Source of the DNA: Botryllus schlosseri
Lineage: Eukaryota
NCBI GenBank assembly: GCA_051294905.1
Contig: CM119371.1
Coordinates: 39,186,001 to 39,250,000 of the forward strand
DNA length: 64,000 bases
Reading direction: 5' to 3'
Shown: positions 25,901-36,815 of the stretch, piece by piece
Layout: every line of letters begins with the position of its first letter
How positions within the stretch are numbered: position 1 is the first letter of the stretch
The notes under the pieces: generated by a model
Database searches by the model: none
What the model was told of the DNA's origin: nothing
The model's input: only the letters and a program-made list of their open reading frames with translations
Made by a program: the position numbers and the translations under genes

Positions 25901-27414
25901 CCATATTTGGAATCGTGAAAGGAGTTGGAATATCGGAATAAAATCCGTAAAAATGGTAATTTTCCCACGATATTGTAGTTGGTTGACTAAATAAAAGGTA
26001 CAGTTTTCGGTTCAACACCAGAAATAGAAAGGTCATCACTTTCGTTCGAACCCCGTATTTCCCATTTAGCAGGGTTGTAATGACTCGAGTCATGACTCGA
26101 CTCGAGTCCGACTCTAGTCACGTTTTTCAGATGACTCGTCTTGACTCGAGTCATTTTCTCAAAATACGGAAATGACTCGACTCAACTCGAGTCAATTTGT
26201 GTATTGACTCGACAAGACTCGAGTCATTGCGCATTACTCGAACCAAGTCATATGACTCGAGACTCAGAAGGCCAAGACCGACGTTTCATTGTAATTTCGA
26301 GGAATAGTTAAGTAATCACACTATTGGGATTTCGTTTATTGGTACTGGTACTTGAAAATGCGTCCAGAAACTGCCAAAAATGACGAAAATTAGAATATTA
26401 TAAATGCGAACCATTCGATATCACCAAACAGAGTTATATAAAGTGGATTTTACAAGCCTTTAACTGGAAACTGGGCAGTCAACACAATGACTTGGACCCG
26501 ACTCGAGTCATAATACCATGACTCGGACTCGAACCTCTGCTCGATGACTTGGACTCGGACTTGACTCGGTGGTGAATTGAAAATGACTCGACTTGAATCG
26601 AATCAAAACTATAAAACTGAGATTGACTTGTGACTCGGAGCCTGGTGACTTGGTTACAACCCTGCTATCTAGCGTCGTATATATATGCCCATTTTCACTC
26701 GAATCTATCCACTTTCTTATCTCTTTAGGCGTCCTCGGAGGACATTTTCAGAAACCCGAGAAAGGAGGACAAATCCTCCTAAAGGAGGACTAATGGTAAC
26801 CCTATGATTGACGAAACACCAATAATGTGGTTGCTCACTATTCTTCGAAGTTACAACGAAATGGCTATCTTGGACGTACCATTCTGGAGTCATATAACTC
26901 ATGCGCAATGACTCGGGCGCAAGTTTAGGTTAATACACAAATTGCCCCACGGCCCACGGTGAGTCGAGTCATTACCACCCTGTATAACAGACTGGGCTGA
27001 TTTTCTTCTGGGTCATATGAATTGGTCGAGTCGTGCGCAATGGCCGAAGTATACAAGTCGAATCAATGCATTAGTGCTTCGAAGTCACGTCTTATATACT
27101 TGCAGAGATACTTCAAACCGCTTTCCCTTTTCAGAGCGCTCTTCCCGGACCTGTTGACGGCGACGTCACCCGTTTTTGTTTGGTTGCCTCTGTCCAACGT
27201 AGAAGACGACGCGGACATGGTCAGTCTCGTGTGGAATGAAGGAGATGACGCCAGCGGCAATCCGATCACGTCACCATACATAGCAGAAAGTGGCACGGAA
27301 GTCCTGGGGGATACTGGAGATACGAATGCCAATACGTATTCTTTAGATAACGATAAAATCGTCTTTACTACCACATCAGCTGCCTTACACGTATGCGAGT
27401 ACTGCCCTCCCTAA
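16918..27414 (+). CDS. Secreted divergent C-type lectin-like domain protein with Arg/Tyr-rich N-terminal segment and poly-Thr linker, 6 coding exons, ~246 aa
   Basis: Exons 16918-16969 (MRFVASIILLLAVVFVG signal), 17031-17065, 17129-17264 (YRAVPMYRAIPRYTYASNYYATPVRRRQSDINRFLRSYLWAQVFS), 18719-18807 (GLLSPAKATEETVVSS-T11-DIP), 23018-23166 (ERFRDWEEYKGCRY...FDAALADCQGKGANLA...), 27135-27414 (...VFVWLPL...LVWNEG...LHVCEYCPP*). All introns are GT-AG, phases are compatible, 741 nt. CTLD-like pattern W..Y.G..Y/F..A...C...GA.LA/WxxL/WxxG/VCE. AATAAA at 27594. Confidence 0.82.
17566..17880 (-). mobile_element. Degenerate hAT (Buster/Charlie-like) element end with transposase C-terminal remnant
   Basis: CAGTGGTTTCCAAA terminus. 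Minus frame ...KKTKRRSDFDIQYYMCPALYATKPSSIKTLSRKQAQTPQ* resembles the hAT dimerisation-domain tail. Confidence 0.6.
18176..18567. mobile_element. hAT-type MITE (TAGGGTTGCATTT family)
   Basis: Same TIR and internal sequence as 8777-9209; TSD tacgtcag/catgtcag (6/8). Confidence 0.88.
19355..21370 (-). mobile_element. 5'-truncated, frameshifted non-LTR retrotransposon with RT and RNase H (I-group-like)
   Basis: RT motifs GIVQGSVISPILFLIMINDL, LFADD, KYLGI. RNase H motifs IFTDGSKT, ILVDCLSA, IPGHYQIPGNEKADELA. C-terminal RLQTGH...C..EESVAHYLLTC. (AAC)n tail at ~19355-19370. Lies antisense in intron 4 of the lectin gene. Confidence 0.93.
21719..22045 (+). mobile_element. LTR (Gypsy-like) followed by a putative primer-binding site
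   Basis: TGTAACC...GGCTACA ends; near-identical copy at 23504-23838; followed by aaTGGCGAGC. Confidence 0.8.
22110..22440 (-). mobile_element. Possible decayed SWIM/exonuclease-type transposon ORF fragment
   Basis: Broken minus frames ALDSGKV...YD...GSCP resemble accessory ORFs of Harbinger/ISL2EU-like elements; pattern recognition only. Confidence 0.25.
23504..23838 (+). mobile_element. Solo LTR
   Basis: TGTAACC...GACTACA, same family as 21719-22045; 4-bp TSD atgg/atag. Confidence 0.82.
23857..25896. mobile_element. hAT-type non-autonomous element with (GTAATC)n subterminal arrays
   Basis: TIR CAGACATGGGGT / ACCCCATGTCTG; perfect 8-bp TSD gttaccat. Confidence 0.92.
26070..26664. mobile_element. 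hAT-type MITE rich in GACTCGAGTC (CAGGGTTGTAA family)
   Basis: TIR CAGGGTTGTAA/TTACAACCCTG; TSD ccatttag/ctatctag. Relatives at 39926-40357, 42148-42520, 44433-44991, 45622-46000. Confidence 0.88.
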
Positions 27415-28193
27415 ACATACACGACATACAGTACATGTGTATCCGTAATCGGACATTTCTAATAATAATCGGTGCTATTACATCGAGACTCGGAAAAATA
27501 GGAAATTAAATTCGAATTAAAATGATAGTCATACGTTTTTATTCGCATTACACGAGAATCACAATTATTGGGCTGACAAAAACTTGGATATTGAATAAAA
27601 TTCTGAAGTGAAAAATTTCAGTTTTTATTTTATTCCAAATTAGACTGGAATTATAATTACTGAATTCGCAAGAAACATGGAGATTGAGTGAAATTCCGAA
27701 TGAGAAAGAAATACAGCAAAATTCAAGATCATTTCATATCAAACATGAGTTCATTCACGTAAGCATGCAAATGGTTAACGTCTATACACTAAGCTTGACT
27801 CGTTTCGCACTACGCTGTTCTCTTGCATGACTGAAACCTCTCTCGGATGGAGCTGAGGTTGCATTTATGTCTATTAGTTCTCGAACAGCAGCCTTCAGAT
27901 GAAAAAAACTATTTTCTCTATTCCATTACCTCAAAACATCCAAGCCCATGCTCTAACGCTCTGCTGAAAAATATTTTCCACATTATCCTCTAATAAAATA
28001 TTTTCTGGTTAGATCTGAAGCAAACTTCCTCTTGTTCTTTTGGTGTAGCTGATGGCATGATAGTGAACGAGCCTGCGGTAACTATCTCTTTTGTCGCTAC
28101 TGCTCTTTTTATGATCGAAACTAGAAGGTTGTTCGCAGACTACAGGGTCAGCATGATGGTTATTGCTCGTCACAATGCCTACTGTGACTGCAC

Positions 28194-28425
28194 TAGGGTT
28201 GCATTTAAACCAAATGTCTGTACTATTAATGTTGAACCCACTATTTTGAGGGTTCCAGCCATCCCATATCGATATACGTCGGATTTATCGGGCGGTAATT
28301 GTCCGTAGGTTCATACATGTTTTTTGAAAAGTATTTACACATTATGACATAATTTTACAACTTGAAAAAACAATTTTTTTAAAAGGTCTTTTCATAAAAC
28401 ACCGTTTGTTTTAAATGCAACCCTA
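28194..28425. mobile_element. hAT-type MITE (TAGGGTTGCATTT family, internally deleted)
   Basis: TIRs intact; perfect TSD gactgcac. Confidence 0.9.
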
Positions 28426-29404
28426 GACTGCACCGTGTAAGTGATGAGATAGCGACTTGGCACTGAATTGACCTGCGCGAGAGGGCTACTACTGTTAATT
28501 TGCTGCGAAATGTCGCGGAAAAGGAAAAAAACAAATTTAAATAAAATTAAAATTAAAGTAATTGCACTGGAGTATAGAAGCATTTCTCAAATTAGATTCG
28601 AATTTTAATTAGAGCATAGAAGGAGTCAACAAATGAGATTAGAATTAGATTTTTGACTTTTCGCTCCAATTTAGTTGAATAGACAACTAGAATTATCTTG
28701 TTCTTCAAGACTGTCACAAGCATCAGAACGACAAGTGTCCAACTGTCCATGCACCATGCTTGGTTCGTTTTGCACTAAGCAGTTCTCATGTACTGCTTCC
28801 ACGGAAATCAGATATATGATTAGAATTAAAATGCGAGCATAGATATGTTACACAAGGGACATTAGAATAAGAATCAGAGAAGAAAAGTTATCTAGTTGTC
28901 CCAGTCTGATGACAGCCTGCTGATCGATGTCAATTGTATTTTTCGCGTGTTTGTTGCGGATAATAAACAAGACCAGGTTGTGATGCTTCAATTTCTTCGT
29001 GTAGTCGAAATCTTATTCGAGTTGCGGTTCTTGGTGTTTTCGGTGCAGAGAAAAGGAATTTCTCAGCGCGGTTATACTGCGTAGTAGTGTGATGCCACAG
29101 CTATATGATTCGTAGCTTAAAATGTGGCTATTTCCATTCCCTGTTATTGTCATAACGTCATCAGCGCTGAGCACCAGTGGTAATAATCTGCTACCGTTTC
29201 GCTGTGATTCAGCGAGAACTAACATGAATTTCATGAAGCGTATATTAGTCGGGTGTTGCGGCCATTTTGGTTTCAGTTGCGAATTGGAATTTAAGCCTTC
29301 CTACACAACCTTGGTGTTGTAGGTTTATCTATAGGTTCCTCCTCGCCATCTCAACCGTGTACGCGGTGTTTTATAAAAAGCCTAGAAGTGGGCCGTGCTA
29401 CAAG

Positions 29405-29839
29405 TAGGGTTGCATGTTAAAGAAACGGTGTTTTGAAACACGTTGTTTAAAACATGTTTTAAACAGTGTTTTCAACAAAGGCCTTTAAAAAACTGTGTTT
29501 TTTAGGTTAAAATTATGGCATAATTGTGTGACTACTTTCCAAAAAACATGTTGTATGAGCCTACGGACAATTACCACACGATTTAGCCGACGTATATTGA
29601 TATGGGATGGTTGGAACCCGCAAAATAGTCGGTTCAACAGTTATAGTACAGATATTTCGTCAAAGGATGAACTTTACCCTATATTTTCAATTGTCAATGT
29701 CACTCCATTATGACGGCACAATTGAATATTCGTGACGTCATGACTTGAAAAAATAAATCGAATAAAAGACATGTTTAACTTCGGGCCTTGTTTTAAACGT
29801 GTTTGCTTTTAATTGATTTTTTTTTCAAATGCAACCCTA
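29405..29839. mobile_element. hAT-type MITE (TAGGGTTGCAT family)
   Basis: TIRs intact; perfect TSD gctacaag; inverted relative to 8777-9209. Confidence 0.92.
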
Positions 29840-30039
29840 GCTACAAGTCGACAGCTACGGAATAAATATGACTTAAATTGGCCAGGTGTAAATGACCATA
29901 GTAGTCGACAAACGCCATGAATACCAAAAACAACAACAAACACAACGGTGTAACTATGCGAAGGAGTATCATTTTACTTGTATTAATGAATGTGACAATA
30001 TGTTCGTAAAAAGCCCTCAATTCCTTTGCGTCTGCATAC

Positions 30040-30860
30040 CAGTGTTGGGACGACTCGAGTCACTTTTTTCATGACTTGACTTGACTCGAGTCACGTTGCT
30101 AAAATGACTTGACTTGACTCGGCGTATCAGAAATGAGGATTGACTCGTGACTCGGAGCTAAATTCACGAGTCAATTTCAAGTCATCAAATAATCGGTGTC
30201 GATAAAAATCACGGTATCTTGCATTTTGTTCGGATTGTTCGCGAAAAGCTGATGTAAACCGTGAGAGCGACCAATCATTCAATGGTCGTGCGTTTTACTG
30301 GGCCTCCATTGTTCTCTCACAAATAAATTGACCACAAACGAAGTGATCGAAGCTTGCAGCTTACGTTGTCGTAAACTGGTATAGTAAAGTATTAGCAAAA
30401 TGTCTGTTCTCTGTTCTTACCTTAACCAAACCTCTTGTTTTATTGAAATTGAATTCGAATATAGTTTATATAGTCCTCACACATTGGCGCAGGCTCGAAT
30501 TGTATCATATTAATTTGTAGATAGGTAATGTATTGCATATTATCAATTCGTTTCTCTGTTCTTTATTTTGGCTGGTAGCTATAAACTGAGGCTATGCAAT
30601 TACTTGGGTAGTTTAGCAGTTCTTCGTATATGTGAGCGATACAGCGCCTTCTTGCGTGTATATGTAACTCTATAATCGTTCATCGGTTCAAAATCATTGA
30701 CCACTCAATCTGTGTTTCTGACAGCTAGCAAAATGCAATGACGTAATCATGCCTCATGCTTCGAAAAGGCAACTTGAATGGAATTGTTACTTGATTCGCG
30801 ACTTGACTCGACTTGAGTCACCTCCAAAAATCGAGTGACTTGACTTGACTCGAGTCAACA
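30040..30860. mobile_element. hAT-type MITE (CAGTGTTGGGA family), one end truncated
   Basis: Inverted homolog of 55866-56849, with (GACTT)n subterminal repeats. Confidence 0.85.
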
Positions 30861-31249
30861 TTTTTGTAACCACGCTCAATCTGGGTCGCAATCTTACTGC
30901 GTCCTGGTGTTTGCGGCACAGGAATCAGGAATTGTTATGAGTAAGGCAATACTTCGCAGGGCAATATTTCTTGGTAAGTCTAAGATCACTCACAGTTAAT
31001 AATATATAGTAACGCCATCGCCATTACGCCAGAGACTATAATTCTGCTTAGCGGTTGTGTGTGAGCGATAATGTAGAGTTGAAGAATACTGCAGAACACT
31101 TATATACGAATCTATTTCTCAGTTGTCTCGAGTCATCACGAGAAGTAGTTTCTTATGCGAGACATCGCGGAATATCATGGACGAGTGATCTCGGCAAATG
31201 CCGCAATACGCATTCTACCCCGTTGTAATTCTATGACCCAGCTCTAACC

Positions 31250-31400
31250 CTAGCCGACAGATAGCGTATTGGGGAGCCTTCGACGTCTTGATCGGTGAGT
31301 TGTTGGTTCAATTCCCAGCAAGGCCAGACCCAAGCACTGGTATCCTTGGCTCCCCCGCTTTTGGTTCAATTACCAGGCTAGCACGGACGGGATGTGCACA
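31250..31400 (+). repeat. Possible tRNA-derived SINE head
   Basis: B-box-like GGTTCAATTCC at ~31305; no cloverleaf could be built. Confidence 0.3.
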
Positions 31401-31596
31401 ACATTTAGAAAGCATTACAAGTCTTTTTTGTACTTTGCTTGTCTAGCGGCATAAGCACATCATTCACCCATAGCATGCATAGCATGCATATGCACAGATG
31501 TACGATGTATAGAAAAAACAGTTCATGATCGCGCAAAACACCGAAATTGTTGACATGATCAATAAGGGGCATTGATAAGTGATCGTCATGGGCAAC

Positions 31597-32099
31597 CACG
31601 GCTGTGGAGTCGGCCGATTTTACCATCGACTCCAACTCCGACTCCGGTCATTTTCAAAATACCGACTCCGACTCCCAAAACTAGAACACACACCGACTCC
31701 GAATGCAGCTCTGACTCGTAATATTTTTTTCGCAGAACTCCCGTCTTCGACTCCACCCTTCTCGTATATCTACTCAGAAAATTATACATTCATTAGATTC
31801 TGGTTAATGCATTTACCAAGTGATTCAACCTATTTTTTCGAAGTTAGCAAACCCTAGCAAAAATTATGTCTGTGAAAATCTACCTATGTAAAAAAATTGG
31901 TAACTGCACTTTTTAGTTAGATTTAAGAACAGTTAGTTAGTTCAGTTTTAAAGCAGTCATAGTTGGAGTCAGTGCATTTTGACCAACTCCGACTCCAAAC
32001 AGTAAATTTTCCCGCAACTCCGACCCTAAAGAGCATTACAAAATTTTTCGGACTCCGACGAAAATTAAACGAAATTCCGAGTCCGACTCCGCAGCCCTT
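31597..32099. mobile_element. hAT-type MITE with (GACTCC)n subterminal repeats
   Basis: Ends related to CAGGGCTGTGGAGTCGG of 57498-59536; TSD degenerate. Confidence 0.78.
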
Positions 32100-32398
32100 C
32101 TGGCGGCACAACTCGATGTGGATAAGGAAGTGCCCCAGACACTTATCACGCATAGTGCTTGAAATTACAGTCGGTGATAGAAACAACCTGACGGAATGGA
32201 GACATGCAACCATAATGTACTACAATGGTGTGGTCACAAGCAAATCTCCCAGCTCACTGCGATTGGTGTACGTGACTCTTTCCATTTGGCGAAAGGCAAT
32301 TTGACTGTAGATAACTAACCTACACCTACGAATAGATGCGCATCACGTGATTCACGGTCGAGTGATGATACCGTCGCAGGTTTGTTGTCGCTTTATAG

Positions 32399-33424
32399 CA
32401 GGGGTCACCAACACGCGACCCGCGGGCCGCATGCGGCCCGCGAGGTCGTATTTTGCGGCCCGCGACTTGATTTGAGATTTCGGAAGAAAGCTAAGTAAAC
32501 CATTTTGAAATGCTGAAATTGACTACAGTTTCAACATATTGTTGTTGTTGTTTCAAAATAAGCTATTCTCCCGTGCCCAACATCACTATTCGTCACCAGC
32601 AAAAACTGGCTCGGCGATGGTGATAGATAGCCTTCCATCAAGGTGAATCAGCTGATATGAATAAGCAATGGCCAATGGGCATATTGCCTTGACGTGCAAT
32701 AGCCCAAACACTGCCAAGACCGAGAAGCTTAGATAACTGCTTAGAGTGGTGGTTCTCAAACTGGGCGGTGCGCCCCCGTGTGGGGACGTAAAAACATATG
32801 AAGGGGGCGCGGAGCTGCGGTCAACCGAAAAATTTTTCGCGCTGCGCGCGATTGGCCTCGGTTCCATAGTTGTTGCTCTGTGTATAGTCCGTAATTCACA
32901 GTACAGAAGTCTCACAACAGTCATAACCTTACACGCTATCAAACTATATCCGTTGGGATTGCTAGCATTCTGGTTGCATTTTGTGATATGACGATAAGGG
33001 GGGGACGAAATTTTTCAGTATCATAAAAGGGGCGTGTCTAAAATAGTTTGAGAACCGCTGGCTTCGGGCTTCCGGGCAAGATCAAGCTTTACGTGGAGAA
33101 GGTCTTTCAACTAGTAACGTATCCCGCTAGCTCCAATATCGCTTAGTCACTGAAAAGCGATTCCAGATATAGTGTACAGCTCGAAGTTCAAAATAAAATG
33201 AAGTTGATGGTAATGATTTTTGTTATATTTGTATTCCTTTAATAAAATATTACTTCTTTTGGGATCATTATGCCCATCGCCTATGTTAGGCAGCACAACG
33301 TTGTAGTAACCTAGAGTTTTAAAACGTGGTGGACTACTTTATATCGATATTGAATTCATGCGGCCCGCGGCCGCTGCGAAATTTGAAAAGCGGCCCGCGA
33401 CCTGTTTTGAGTTGGCGACCCCTG
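32399..33424. mobile_element. hAT-type MITE (nested), itself containing another MITE at 32747-33060
   Basis: TIR CAGGGGTCACCAAC/GTTGGCGACCCCTG; perfect TSD ctttatag. Confidence 0.92.
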
Positions 33425-33891
33425 CTTTATAGCATGAAACGGCAACGTAATTGCTAATCCCACAGATAACGACCCGAGCGCTCAAATTTATTAAAGTTGA
33501 TAATATTCGAAAGCTACAGTCGCGCGGATTCTGATATTATACACTAAAATCTGATCAGGGAAGAGGAACCCCCTCGAAATACCCCTGAAAGTCTGAAAAT
33601 CGGCATTGTTCCAAACCAGAGATGAGCATGGAGTAGGATTAGGATTTGAAAAAACAGGATTTGTGAATTTTTTTCGGATTCGATTTGAATTAGGATTAGA
33701 GATTTTTTTCTGAACGGATTAGGATTTGGATTGGATTTACGTCATCATCATCATTGGTTTATTAGCAATTTTATCAGTTCAATACACCACAAAAAATGCG
33801 ATACAATGAATAGACAGGAAGATGTCGAAGCGACCTGGATTTGTCTATGGCAGTGGTTCCCAACCTTTTTCCACCCACGTACCATTTAGAG

Positions 33892-35094
33892 CAGAGGTCT
33901 CAAACACGCGGCCCGCGGGCCGCATGCGGCCCGCCAGAGCATTTTGTGCGGCCCGCGACGACATTTTAGATTTTTATTAATTTTACAAAATATAAGTGTC
34001 ACATATATCTTTTCAGGTTATAAAGTGAAAATTTCCTCTCAAATTGCTCCGAAAGCCTTAAACTATTCATCAAACTTCACTATCACATCAATTACAAACG
34101 TTACCATGCAGTGGAACATTCACTATTTCGCTAATTTCCAATTCATGATGACAAAACCGGACGATTCTAGACTGAAATTTGTGAGTTGGACTTGGACGCG
34201 ACCTTTCTTAGAATTGCTCAGACTCGGGCGAACTCGATGGCAAAATGAAAATGACTCGAGTGGACTTGAAGTGACTCGGAATACCGTAAATTTGTTAGAA
34301 CCATGGACGCAACAAACTAATCGCGTATCAGGGGAATAGTAATAGATCAGAAGGTCGTAGCTTGGTATTTCGCTAACGAAGCAAGTATAGTTATGGCAAC
34401 CATTGACAATCTGTTAGTTACATCTTTGGTCGCTAAACCATGTTATTAAGGCCACTTAAAGGTACCATGTACCGTAGTGGTACGCTCCAACGATGTAACA
34501 GTAACGGGTCGTTCGTCGTTCGGACATTTCAATCACTTGGACACATTCATTAATATATTTCTATTATATTTTTATTTTTTTCTGCACCTATATTTGAAGA
34601 TATTTGGCCATGAGATTAATAGCCAACTTATCAGAAGTATACACGAATCCTGGATTGGAATTACAATGCTCAACTTAAAATTGTTTTGATATCAGATCAG
34701 TCCCTATTATCAGTCTGTTGGATTCAAAATATTCATAGTAGCTGAAAATGATAACCTGATAGCTTTTATGATGGCATCATACATTTGTCCGCCCATATGG
34801 TGTCTATATCTTATAGTTAATATATATCAAGTACAACAACAATTCTATTCGAATAGTTATAAATGTGATGATTCTTGTCGTGCCAGGCCTAAATTGATAA
34901 TAACGTAAATCACAATTTGACGATGCGTGTTTACTGTCAGTCTGCTGAATTGGCTCATTTTCAATAGGAAAATTCATTCCCGCCAAATAAGGCCTACTTG
35001 GAAAGACATATAATACCCCTATAAATGCTGCGGCCCGCGGCGTCGTCAAAACTGGACAAATGGCCCGCAAGCACATTTGAGTTTGAGACCTCTG
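33892..35094. mobile_element. hAT-type MITE (nested)
   Basis: TIR CAGAGGTCTCAAAC; perfect TSD atttagag. Confidence 0.93.
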
Positions 35095-35226
35095 ATTTAG
35101 AGGTTTTATACAGTGCTCGCGTACCACCTACATAAGGTACGCGCACCGAAGGCGAATTTCCGCCATTCATGACGTACTAATCACGTATTTGACCTATGCG
35201 TGGTGTAATAACAAATTCTATTACAC

Positions 35227-35947
35227 CAGGGGTGGCCAACTTTTTTGCCATTCACAGCCGCATTTCGGCCACTCATGTATCCCACGGCCACATTCCAGGG
35301 CATAATAGTCGTAATGGACGAGCTGGACGCCAAATAGCCAGGTCAAGGTGTATATGGCCATTTCTGGTGAACTGCGGAATTTAATGATATAGGCTTACTA
35401 TACGAACTGGTCACTGGTCACTGGTAATGGCGAGGGACATGCTTAGAGCCGCGCCAGGCGTGAAAATTTTCCCATATTCACCAATGAATTTCGTCATTGA
35501 TATTAGTAGTTTTACATATTACTATCAAGCATTGATCCTTTCTCAGCCAACGTGATCAGATTCACCGGTATAAAGTTGATGCAGGGGGCGTTTTCGAAAA
35601 TTAAGGGCCAGTTATAAATTATGATGCATCTTCGGGCGTAGTCATTCTTTTATTGCATGCTGTTATTTCTTGACCTCCCGTCAGGATTGTCGGTATAGTG
35701 AGGAGCGTTCACGATTCCGAGTTGGTATTTCTATACGAGGCACATCATTTTCCTCTGCTGCTGTTTGTATCTATATTGTGGGGCTCTGATTGCAAAGGGC
35801 ACTATACTGTATTAAAATCGAAAAATGAAGTCACATTACCAAGATTAATTAAAAGCTTTCAAGAAATCGGGAGTTAATTCGTAAATTCAAATTGCATTTC
35901 GACGGCGGCACAATTTTCCCTCTACGGCCGCAGGTTGTCCACCCCTG
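35227..35947. mobile_element. hAT-type MITE (nested)
   Basis: TIR CAGGGGTGGCCAAC/GTTGTCCACCCCTG; flanks do not form a clean TSD. Confidence 0.7.
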
Positions 35948-36388
35948 CACTAGGCATTATCAGCCAGAGTTGATGGGATGCATGGAATTGTTTTTTCACC
36001 ACCAGTCACAAAACGAACAACATAATGAAATAACAACAAAAGTCAATTTATTTAATGCGATGGCTGCACTTGTTCATTTTCCACTAGCTGGTCGATGCGT
36101 GGCATACGTTTGCTCACAGCGCATCGAAAGTCATGCAGCTTGGGCGCAACCAGTGAGTTTTGTTTCTTCGAATTGACAGTCATCGGGGATGAAAATCCTT
36201 GCTCGCACTCGGACGTAGAAGGGAAAATTAGGAGATTGGGAATAGCGCGAGAAGCTAGCGTCGAGTACAATGATGCCATGCTAAGCCATAAGTTTATTGG
36301 AGAACAATCTTATCAAAATCAACCCCACCTGAAAATAACTCCAACTCCCTTCGGTCGAAAAAAATAGAATCTACTCGCGTACCACAGG

Positions 36389-36815
36389 CAGAGGTGAGCA
36401 TGGATTAGGATTAGGTTTTGAAAAAACAGGATTTGCCAAATTTTGTCGGATTAGGATTGGATTTGGATTAGACATTTTTTTCAGAACGGATTAGGATTTG
36501 GATTGGATATACCTATTTTCTGGGAGATTGAAATGTCGTGTGGCGAATGGCGACAAACTTTATTCAGATCAGTTATTAATGTACTTATGGTTACTAAGTT
36601 ATCTTGAATCAAGTGAATAGTTGGTTGTGAAAGAAAATTTTAGAATCCCTCCATTGCATAAATTAGTATTTTTTCTGAATTTCCAGTTGGAATCGGATTA
36701 GGATTGGACTTGGACTTGAATATGAAAAAGTTATGGATTAGGTTTTGGATTTGGATTTGAAGGTTCGGATTTGGATTGGATTAGGACATAGAAATTTTAA
36801 ATCCGCTCATCTCTG
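36389..36815. mobile_element. (GGATT)n hAT-type MITE, second copy nested inside the first
   Basis: TIR CAGAGGTGAGC/GCTCATCTCTG; perfect TSD accacagg. Confidence 0.92.

Larger units (their letters stand above)
23845..26804. mobile_element. hAT-type MITE (TAGGGTTACCAT termini) carrying two nested MITEs
   Basis: TAGGGTTACCAT...ATGGTAACCCTA. Right TSD tgattgac matches left tgat(a/g)gac once the solo LTR is removed. Confidence 0.78.

Noticed and set aside
25598..25968. ORFs with RLRLRL / ITITIT / DYDYDY
   Set aside because: Translations of (GTAATC)n MITE subterminal arrays.
28890..29380. Short ORFs with a nearby TATA-like motif
   Set aside because: No recognisable domain or consistent splice model.
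31250..31330. tRNA gene
   Set aside because: B-box only; no acceptor stem or cloverleaf.
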